Made by a program: the position numbers and the translations under genes
IMG/VR virus record: IMGVR_UViG_3300042887_003034
Span: 1-55,341 of that record
Source of the DNA: a virus
Taxonomy: Duplodnaviria; Caudoviricetes
Direction: 5' to 3' (one strand)
Length of the DNA stretch: 55,341 bases
The notes under the pieces: model-generated
What the model saw: the letters and a program-made list of their open reading frames with translations, nothing else
Database searches by the model: none
What the model was told of the DNA's origin: nothing
In this document: piece after piece, positions 22,486-30,677 of the stretch
How the letters are laid out: each line of letters starts with the position of its first letter
How positions within the stretch are numbered: position 1 is the stretch's first letter

Positions 22486-22698
22486 TCAGGCCAGCACCTC
22501 GCGGATGTTGTGCAGCGACACCATCTCCACCTGCCGGGGGCCCACCTGGACACCGATAGCGGTCCAGGTGCTGTTGCCCACCTTGACCACACGCTTCTCG
22601 GTGACCATGCCCACCTCAAAACTCAGCGGACGGCGCTCCTTGTTGAAGCGACCCAGTTGAACAACGGAACCCGGGGTAACAGCAGCGAACTTGACCAT
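22486..22698 (-). CDS. Hypothetical protein, copy 1 of a duplicated cassette
   Basis: Near-identical to 27538-27750, including flanks. Confidence 0.8.
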   Translation of the reverse strand: MVKFAAVTPGSVVQLGRFNKERRPLSFEVGMVTEKRVVKVGNSTWTAIGVQVGPRQVEMVSLHNIREVLA

Positions 22699-22788
22699 TT
22701 TGTGCTCCTTTAGCAGTTAGGTCGTTGGGGGAAACTTGTTTAAGTGTCAGCAGTATAACAAAGTTCAAAGACCCTGTCAACCGCTGTG

Positions 22789-24605
22789 TTATTGTTGCTC
22801 TTGTTCGAACTCGGCGATCATCTGCTCGGCCAGTCGCCGGTGCTGAGCACTGGAGGTATGCACCAGGCCGACATAGTGACCGAAATCGTTGCAGCCGATC
22901 TCAGTGACACGAGCCCGCTTGGCGCCCAAGCGATGCAGCAGATCTTCGATCTGCTTGAACTCGTGATAATCGGAAACTTCGACGGTCGTGGGCAACTTGA
23001 TCGTCAGTTCGGTGTCGGTTTTGATCTTCATCACACAGTCCTTTGCTACAGTTCTTGCAGTATAAGTTCTTTGAAAGACCCTGTCAAGTGGCGGGGTAAT
23101 GTGGCATCACTGCCACACCCCCCGGCACTCCCTCAGTAGTCGTCTCCTGCGGAGCCGTAGTCCTCGTCAGTACCCCAGCCCGCGGAGGCCAGCGCGGAGG
23201 CGTGATCACCGTCCATGCTGTCGTTGTACTCGCCCTCACGCTCTATCTCGTCCTGCAGTTCTTCGCTGAGGTTCATGAAGTCCTCGCAGGTGTTGAACAG
23301 TTCCTGGAAAGCACGCCGCTCGTCCTTGTGCATCTCCAGCAGGAACTGCGGGCCCTCTTCCCGCATAGCGTCGATGATCTGACGCATGGCCAGCAGGGTG
23401 TTGTTGCACATGCAGTAGCTCATGTTCGGGAAGTTGCTCATCTCGCGCTCCTTTGTTACAGTTTCAACAGTATAAGCTCAAACAAAGACCCTGTCAACTG
23501 GTGGGTCTTTAGACGTATACCTTGCAGATGCGCACTGCAAAGGCACGGCGCTTGGCATAGGGCATGGCGCGGTATTCTGCACTCTCATCGTACATACGGT
23601 CGCAGATGTAGTCTGCAAGGCTTTCAGCACACAGGGGTTCACCTGCTCCAGCACAGGCCTGCTCGAGGTCGTAATAGACTTCGTTGATGATCCTACGAAT
23701 TTGCTGTTCCATACTTGCTCCTTTAGCGTTGGTGCAGTATAACAGGGACCGAAGTCCCTGTCAACTGGTGGGGCTTTACAGCCGCTTCCAGCCCATTGAA
23801 GCGCAGAGGTAGTCCTGGCCGTTTACGTTGACGATATCGCCCACGCTGACGCTGCGGAAATGACCCCAACGCTCCTCGCGCTCTGCTTGCCGGCCGGGAT
23901 TGTTGGTAAGGTCGAAAATCTCCTCAGCAGCAGCCTCGCCCTGAAGTTCAGTGACCACACAGGGACCGGTCCTGCGGTAGTGACCCTCTGCAAGCAGACC
24001 GCGAGCAGTGGCTTCCTGGTCCTTGCGGAAGTAGAACTCGCCCATGAACTGCTCGTTGACCAACTTCACCGCTGCAATCATCGCTGACTCCTTTGTTACA
24101 GTTCTTGCAGTATATCGTCAGAGCAAACTCAAGTCAACCGTAGGGACTTTGAACAGGTCTTCTTCGTCCAAGAGCAGAACTTCGGCAGTCCTGCCAAAGA
24201 CCTCCATGGGCTTGTCCAACTTGACCGTGTGCTGAACAGTGCCGCCGTACTTGACACGGCTTTCGGTAACCAGCCCACTGACAGCATAGGCCTGCAGGTA
24301 CATGCCTGCAACTCGTTGACCTTCACGGTTCCACATTATTCCACCTCACAAAGGTTGATACGATACATCTGATTGTAGTGGTTCTCGTGCATGATCACGT
24401 AGGGGCCGTAGTCGTACACGGGCAGACCATTGCTGCGAGCGCACCATTCCATGTCGGTGACACTGGAATTGCTACGACTGATTCGAGTCCAGCCTGCGTT
24501 CTTGTTGCTGGCCCGCATGCCAACCATTGCACCCTTGCGGGTCTTGTAGCGAGCCAGCACATCGGGCTTGCCTCCCTGATTGCGACACAGTAGTACGTAG
24601 GACAT
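22789..24605 (-). CDS. Run of hypothetical genes (22789-23034, 23133-23441 acidic, 23509-23712, 23776-24081 YodL-like RSVSVGDIV, 24118-24336, 24336-24605)
   Basis: One promoter repeat per gene or gene pair. Confidence 0.65.
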
Positions 24606-24712
24606 CGCGTTCTCCTTAGTGTTTTTGCAGTATAGCAGAACTCAAAGACCCTGTCAAGTCTCGGGCTATGGGCGGAGTGCCGGAGGTGTGACATTGCTGC
24701 CACACCGTTGGA

Positions 24713-25285
24713 TTACTGATTAGATTCTTCGTCAGCCCGGGCTTCTTCTTCCCACTGAGCCATATTTTCGGAGATAGCAAATTGCTCGTCGACATCTGAG
24801 TCGATCAAACTGGAAACCGTTTCGGCGGTCATGTCACTGAGGTTCCAGAAATCGTCTAAGCCGTTGATCCAGCGACCGCAGAAAGCCATGCCGGGCTCGT
24901 AATACATGGCATCAATATCAAAACCCATTTCTACGAGTTGAGCATAAGCCCCAATGGGAGGCGACCAAGCACTATCGAAGAAAGCGCTGATCGAATTGTC
25001 GTCCATACGCTCGATACCTCCAAGTTCAATATCCCACTTGGTACCCCAATTGGCCACATTCCAATCATACCAGTCCTTGTATCCAAACTGTTCGAGGTTG
25101 GCTGCTTGTTGTGCAGCCTGTGCGGCTTGCTTGTCCTCACCGGGATAGCCTACAACAGTTTCTGTCAAGGGCTCAGGAGTCGGAAAGAATTCCATAAACA
25201 GCCCGTCCTTGCCTTTGAGCACTCGCTCAATCATGGCCGGATCTTTGTGACGAATCTGAATAAAGTTATTGCACCAATTAGGCAT
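24713..25285 (-). CDS. DUF1281/YubB ferredoxin-like domain protein
   Basis: MPNWCNN start, WYDWNVANWGTKWD, FDSAWSPP and YYEPGMAFCG. Confidence 0.7.
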   Translation of the reverse strand: MPNWCNNFIQIRHKDPAMIERVLKGKDGLFMEFFPTPEPLTETVVGYPGEDKQAAQAAQQAANLEQFGYKDWYDWNVANWGTKWDIELGGIERMDDNSISAFFDSAWSPPIGAYAQLVEMGFDIDAMYYEPGMAFCGRWINGLDDFWNLSDMTAETVSSLIDSDVDEQFAISENMAQWEEEARADEESNQ

Positions 25286-25439
25286 TTCAGTTCTCCTCAG
25301 GAAGGTAGGCTTCAAGCACACTGTCGGGCAGATGTGCAATCAGTTCTTGGATTGCGGTCATATCCCCATTGTCAACATCTCGTGCAATCTGCTCGAGCAC
25401 ATCGTCTAGCAACTGTTCGCGAATGGTCTTGGCCATAGT

Positions 25440-26872
25440 TTACTCTCCTACACGATCGTAGAAAGCGGTCTCAACAAACTTGTAGATCTGATCTTTGCTG
25501 CCCCAGGAATCAGCAGGCATCTGGTTGTAGACATACCGGACAATGTCAGGCAGGGCAGCAAGGTTCTCGCTGTCTGCACGTCCCACAGCACCGAACAGAT
25601 CGTTGCTGAGTACAGCCATCAAGAAGCCGCCGGGCAGCATCTTGTGCTCGACATAGCGGTCCAGGGCGGCCTTAGTGTGTGCTGGAATCATCGTCGGCTC
25701 CTATGTGTTACTGTTCTTGCAGTATAGCGTCAAGCAGCGGCGCTGTCAACCGTTCAATCAGTAGTGACTGCGGTTGCCCACATAGTTGAAGTCGTCCATG
25801 GGATCGGACTCTTCGTCCGGCAAGCCCACAAGTTCAAGCAGATCGTTCTTGCGAACAAACTCCTCAACGTCTGCTTCGCTCATCCAGCCCACGAGATCGT
25901 TGATCAGATTGTCCTTGTCAAACAGACCCTGTTCCACTGCGCTGAGCAGGGCATGACTGAAAACACGACTACGGCGGTAATTGCTCATCACTGGCTCCTT
26001 TGCAATGCCTGTACTATAACAGGGAACAATGACCCTGTCAAGCACGAACCATCTTAAACCCTGCGGCCTTCAGTACTTGTATCGCACGAGCGCAGTCATC
26101 GTCGATGGTGTTGTCTCGACTATAAATTGCATCGTTGAAGATGTCAGCGGCATCGCGGGCCCAGTTGGACAACTCCTTGTATCCTGGGACGGACATAAGT
26201 ACTTCGTCAACTTCCTCAATGTCCCAATACTCGTAGGGTTCATCCAAAAACTGTTGGCCATATTTCTGCACATAGGTGCAGATGAGATTTCGAAACAGGG
26301 AGTTTGCAGCCAGTGCTTGACTGAGATCATCGAGATCAAGACCAATGAAATCAAATAACTCGATATACTCATGATCTTGAGAAAAATCTTGGTAATGCTC
26401 ATCCCTGAATCTATCTGCAACAGTTTCTGCCACTGTTTCGACTTGCTCGGCACTGACAATAGTTTTGACAACAAGATCTTTCATTTTCAACTCCTATATT
26501 GAATTAAACGGCGGGCTTGCCCGACTCGACATCAACTTCAACAGTGACGTCGCTTAAACGGCCGTCAACGTCATATTCCAAACGCCGCACTCGTGCAGTG
26601 ACTCGGGCATTGCGCAGATACTGCAACATCTTTTCTTTGAAATACTCAAAATGATCTTCAAATGTGTCAGCGGCCTGTTCGCTGAGATTTTGAAATACCC
26701 GCTCAATATCGTCCTTGGACTTATACTCGTCAAACATGTCGACGACCATGTCAGTATTGCCCTCTGCCATGTCAACGATCATCAAAGTGGCCATTTTGCG
26801 AATGGCATCGTCGCTGCCGTAAAGGGCGTCGCGGGTTTTGACAGTTTCAATGCCGCTTTGAAAAACAATCAT
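25440..26872 (-). CDS. Hypothetical genes 25440-25691, 25758-25988, 26038-26490, 26504-26872
   Basis: ORFs with RBS and promoter repeats. Confidence 0.65.
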
Positions 26873-27034
26873 TTCACGCTCCGTTGTGTGTCAGTGTGTC
26901 TACTATAACAGGAAACAAAGACCCTGTCAAGTCTCGGGTTAAAGATGAGCAGCCGTCACGGCTTTCTGCTGCTCTCCCCCCGCGCCCGGGCCTTCCCGGA
27001 TTGTCCGAACCATCCGATGTGTGGGGGATAAATT

Positions 27035-27118
27035 TGGTGGAGTGTGATGGATTCGAACCACCGTGCTGTTAGGACCTGATTTACAGTCAGGCGCAATCGA
27101 CCACTCTGCCAACACTCC
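27035..27118 (-). tRNA. tRNA-Tyr(GTA)
   Basis: GGAGTGT acceptor, anticodon loop CTGTAAA, long variable arm, GTTCGAATC, CCA end. Confidence 0.92.
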
Positions 27119-27219
27119 AAATCTTTACCATAGTTCAGCACACTGCCCGCGCCCGCAAGCCCGGCATATCTACCAATACGTCTGACTGTGGTAGCAGTCA
27201 GTGCTAATGCGCTGAACTA

Positions 27220-27294
27220 TGGTAGGAGCACAGGGATTCGAACCCTGGACCAACGGATTAAAAGTCCGCTGCGCTACCGCTGCGCCATACTCCC
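27220..27294 (-). tRNA. tRNA-Lys(TTT)
   Basis: GGGAGTA acceptor, anticodon loop CTTTTAA, GTTCGAATC, CCA end. Confidence 0.92.
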
Positions 27295-27537
27295 AAGTTC
27301 TTTAAATCTCCAAACTCTCCAGTTCAGTGGCCCGTTGCAGATCTGCCACAACCTGGCACTCTGCGTTCACAAGCCAAAAGCCCCGACCTTCTTCGATGTC
27401 ACGGAGCCGATTGTACTCGTACTCGAACTCCATGATATCGTCTTGTGTCATGTCTTCTGGATACCACATGCTCTGCTCCTTGCTGCTCACTGTGAACACA
27501 GTATAACAGGGGACAAAGCCCCTGTCAACTGCTATGT

Positions 27538-27750
27538 TCAGGCCAGCAACTCGCGGATGTTGTGCAGCGACACCATCTCCACTTGCCGGGGACCCACCTG
27601 CACGCCAATAGCGGTCCAGGTGCTGTTGCCGATCTTGGTGATCTCCTTGCTGACCACCATGCCCACCGAGTGGCTCAGGGGACTGCGATCCTTGTTGAAG
27701 CGACCCAGTTGGACCACGGAACCCGGGGTAACAGCAGCGAACTTGACCAT
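27538..27750 (-). CDS. Hypothetical protein, copy 2 of a duplicated cassette
   Basis: Paralog of 22486-22698. Confidence 0.8.
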   Translation of the reverse strand: MVKFAAVTPGSVVQLGRFNKDRSPLSHSVGMVVSKEITKIGNSTWTAIGVQVGPRQVEMVSLHNIRELLA

Positions 27751-27845
27751 TTTGTGCTCCTTTAGCAGTTAGGTCGTTGAGGGAACGTTGTGTTTCAATG
27801 TGTCTACTATAACAGAACTCAGAGACCCTGTCAAGTGCTGGGTCT

Positions 27846-28130
27846 TTACATGCTCCAGTAAGTCTCACTGCTGGGACTGCAGAAGTAGGGCACATCGTAG
27901 CGCTCCCAGAACTGCACACCAGAGATGTGGTTGACTCGCAGAACCAAAGTTTCAAAGAACTCCAAGCGAAACTGGTCCTTGGGATACTGGCCCGAACTGC
28001 GCAGGTACATGACCAAGTCCATCATAGCAGTACCAGAGTAACCTGGATAATCCTGCTTGCTGACTAACTTTTCACCAGTGCGGCAGCGCCGATCCAGTTT
28101 GTAGATTTCCAGTGTATAGCCTTGTTGCAC
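27846..28130 (-). CDS. Hypothetical phage protein (PYFCSPSSETYWSM C-terminus)
   Basis: ORF with promoter repeat and RBS. Confidence 0.7.
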   Translation of the reverse strand: MQQGYTLEIYKLDRRCRTGEKLVSKQDYPGYSGTAMMDLVMYLRSSGQYPKDQFRLEFFETLVLRVNHISGVQFWERYDVPYFCSPSSETYWSM

Positions 28131-28192
28131 CTTCTGCTCCTAGCGTGTTACTGTTCTTGCAGTATAACAGAGTTCAAAGACCCTGTCAACTA

Positions 28193-28573
28193 CTAGAGAT
28201 TGTAGGGAAAGGTCAACTCCCAAACAGCATAGTGGAACAAGGGCTCGGGACCCATAGGATCAGCACCACCCAAATAAGTGTACTTGGCAATGTTGTCATT
28301 GTGTCTCAATATGCCTTCTACATCGCTGATCAAAAAGTCATAGGACTTTTTGTCCCTTTGCAGTGCAAGATTGTCAATGTGAACTTCCAAATGTGCTTTG
28401 AATTCGTTGACCCATTTTGTAGTAATTCTATAGTGTTTGGCTTTGAAAGCCCTGGGAAACTCTCGAGTAATTGCACTAATACTGTGCTTGAGAGCCCGTT
28501 CTTTTCTAGGAGAAACCTTTGTAGGTTCTGTGATTTCGTTTAGTCGCATTAGATTCACCTCGTCTGTTGCCAT
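28193..28573 (-). CDS. Hypothetical protein
   Basis: Lower-GC ORF; TAAATA immediately upstream; possible true start MRLNEITE. Confidence 0.6.
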   Translation of the reverse strand: MATDEVNLMRLNEITEPTKVSPRKERALKHSISAITREFPRAFKAKHYRITTKWVNEFKAHLEVHIDNLALQRDKKSYDFLISDVEGILRHNDNIAKYTYLGGADPMGPEPLFHYAVWELTFPYNL

Positions 28574-28783
28574 TATTTATTGCAGTCTACGAACTTAATT
28601 GCAGTGTGAGCCAAGTATAGCACTAGTCGCTGACGCTGTCAAATTCTGAATTTTGTGGCATCTCTGCCACACCGCCGGCACTCCGCCTGTGGCTTCTCCG
28701 CCACGATCGTTGTGAATCTGCCACTGTTGTGAATCCGCCACTGTTGTGAATCCGCCACGATCAACTGCAAACGCGAATCTGTC

Positions 28784-28930
28784 TTATTCTTCCTCGTCAA
28801 AGTCGAGATCATCTTCGGATTCACTTTCTTCTAATTCTTCTTCACTGTAGTCAAACTCATCTTCTAAACTGGATTCGAGATCGTCGAAAAAGTCTAACTG
28901 ATCGTTAGAAAAATCATCATCAGGTTCCAT
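28784..28930 (-). CDS. 48-aa extremely acidic protein (MEPDDDFSNDQLDFFDDLE...DFDEEE)
   Basis: Translated by hand; AGGAG RBS and TATAAATA upstream; absent from the ORF track. Confidence 0.65.
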   Translation of the reverse strand: MEPDDDFSNDQLDFFDDLESSLEDEFDYSEEELEESESEDDLDFDEEE

Positions 28931-29146
28931 AATTTTAATACTCCTAGTCTAGCACTGTATTTATAGTGTTAGAACTCTGTGATTTTTTTGGTGTTTTTTT
29001 GGTAGTTTTTTAAAGTTTTCAATGGTTTTTTCGGGGATTTTCCGGGGATTCGGGGACATTTTGGCAGGATTTTCACTGTGATTTCACTGTGTAGAACTGT
29101 AGTAACGGTGGTGGGGATGACAGGTAATGCTAAAATACTCAAACCA

Positions 29147-29290
29147 TTCCCCCACTGTTCTTCCAAAGTTCCCCCAAAGTTTTCCCACTGTTCTTCCAAA
29201 GTTCTTCCAAAGTTCCCCCACTGTTCTTCCAAAGTTCCCCCACTGTTCTTCCAAAGTTCCCCCACTGTCCTTCCAAAGTTCCCCCACTGT
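29147..29290. repeat. Tandem repeat of alternating 11-bp units CCCCCACTGTT / CTTCCAAAGTT (22-bp period, about 13 half-units)
   Basis: Read directly; lies in a non-coding zone with phased T-tracts (28980-29090) and further short repeats. Confidence 0.95.
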
Positions 29291-29503
29291 GCTCCTCGGG
29301 TGCTGCCCACACGCCGCGCCCGCTCAAATGCTATACGCACACACATATATACACGCACATACACGTATATACAGGGATCAACAGTTTTGGGTTTGGTTTG
29401 GGTTTTCCCTAGGGCTCGTTGTAGCGCAGCGCAGCGCATTTATATAGATCCCTACAGCGGGGTATTTGCTGTATATGCTGTATATGCTGTATTTGATATA
29501 TCC

Positions 29504-29899
29504 CTACAGCGGGGTATTCACAGTCTTATGGCTTTTTTCTTCTATGATGTCGCTGTTCATCAATATGTTAATTCTACGTTTGATCTGTGCTCTGCGATCG
29601 TTATAGATATATACTTCTCTAGCGGCTCGTATGAAATCACTGCCAAAGTTCTTTTCTTCTTCGCATCTGCGTTTGAAGTCTTCTATGTCCCATAGTCTAG
29701 CATTAACTTCTTTGAGTTCTTGGGCTAACCTTTTCACTTCTTGGTTAAATTCTAATTTTTCACCACGTAGAATTAAGTCTTCAAGTTCTCGATCAGTATT
29801 GGCCAGTTTAGTGGGATCACTGAGTCTGGCCTTTTTAATTTCCAGTATGCTTTTTCGATCGCAGTATTCGCCTGGGCTGATTGCTATTTCTATGTGCAT
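29504..29899 (-). CDS. DUF6165-like protein
   Basis: ISPGEYCDRKSILEIK, LKEVNARLWDIED, NDRRAQIKRRIN and EEKS. Confidence 0.7.
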   Translation of the reverse strand: MHIEIAISPGEYCDRKSILEIKKARLSDPTKLANTDRELEDLILRGEKLEFNQEVKRLAQELKEVNARLWDIEDFKRRCEEEKNFGSDFIRAAREVYIYNDRRAQIKRRINILMNSDIIEEKSHKTVNTPL

Positions 29900-29909
29900 A
29901 TTAATTTCT

Positions 29910-30677
29910 TTAATTGCTGGTAAAGATTCGTGCTCTTGGATTCAGTTTGGGATTGTCTAACCAAATCCAATCACTGGTATGTACCGGGGTTAACTGTATG
30001 TGATGCAGGGGGATAAAGTATTTTTCCACGGGTATTTTCAGTTGGTCCACTATATTGGCCATGCTGCTGTCGGTCATGACTATGGCCGCTGCACGTTCAA
30101 TTACTGTGAGCCAGTCTGTTAGATATCCTTCATTGGTTATGGGCACTACGTCGTGAAGTTCGGGGATTAGGCCGGGATCTAACTCCACTGTGCTTTCGCT
30201 GGCTGTGAGATGTGTCACTATGTAGGGTCTAGCATTGTCTCCTCGAACCCGATCATACAATGCCTGTTCTCTTTCTTGACTTCTGGATATACAGTCTGCT
30301 AACTGCCATTTTTCACTAAATGGTACACCGGCTCGGAGATACTTGTATTGGTCGAAACTGACATGCTGGAAATAGGGTTCGCTGAGGAATTCTCTGTGCC
30401 CCGACAGTGCTTGATACAGGGGTATGATTTCTTTGCAGCCCCGTTGTTTTAATAACTCTAGGGGGCGATCATAGAAGAATTCACCCCGATCTGGAGTCAC
30501 GGGTATCCACGTACACCAGGGTGCAATCTCTGTCATTTCTTCAACCCACTGAGTACATATGGGCCAATACACTGCTCGATCTTGGCAGTGATAATAGTAT
30601 GCTATGGGCAGGGCTATGAATATATCGCCCAGGCCGCGGCTCTGTATAATACCTAATTTTTCTCGTTTAATTTTCAT
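29910..30677 (-). CDS. Glycosyltransferase (GT9/heptosyltransferase-like)
   Basis: RGLGDI N-terminal motif; TDSSMANI C-terminal motif. Confidence 0.6.
   Translation of the reverse strand: MKIKREKLGIIQSRGLGDIFIALPIAYYYHCQDRAVYWPICTQWVEEMTEIAPWCTWIPVTPDRGEFFYDRPLELLKQRGCKEIIPLYQALSGHREFLSEPYFQHVSFDQYKYLRAGVPFSEKWQLADCISRSQEREQALYDRVRGDNARPYIVTHLTASESTVELDPGLIPELHDVVPITNEGYLTDWLTVIERAAAIVMTDSSMANIVDQLKIPVEKYFIPLHHIQLTPVHTSDWIWLDNPKLNPRARIFTSN

Larger units (their letters stand above)
3990..28645 (-). promoter_or_regulatory. About 50 dispersed copies of a sigma70-type early promoter + RBS repeat (TTGACA-17 nt-TATACT/TATAGT/TATAAT ... AGGAG-ATG)
   Basis: On + strand, agtata/actata-N17-tgtcaa at e.g. 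4023-4051, 4467-4495, 5197-5225, 6205-6233, 8028-8056, 10722-10750, 12942-12970, 15785-15813, 21181-21209, 23469-23497, 26902-26930 and 28161-28189, usually with ctcct 15-25 nt lower; count made by eye. Confidence 0.93.

Noticed and set aside
22448-27779. Diversity-generating retroelement TR/VR pair for the duplicated gene
   Set aside because: Differences are not adenine-specific and no reverse transcriptase is in the window
3467-28543. Long plus-strand ORFs in the island (e.g. 4381-5205, 8403-9314, 9533-10357, 11336-12574)
   Set aside because: Antisense shadows of GC-rich minus-strand genes; they cross promoter repeats and lack RBS and motifs
3990-28645. CRISPR array or classical integron explanation for the dispersed repeats
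   Set aside because: Spacing is hundreds of bp and irregular, the intervals are whole genes, the repeats are promoter-shaped and degenerate, and no cas gene, integrase or attC GTTRRRY box structure was seen in the window
28969-29695. ORFs with repetitive peptides over the tandem repeats (also 3459-3669)
   Set aside because: Open in several frames on both strands only because the DNA repeat lacks stops; no RBS
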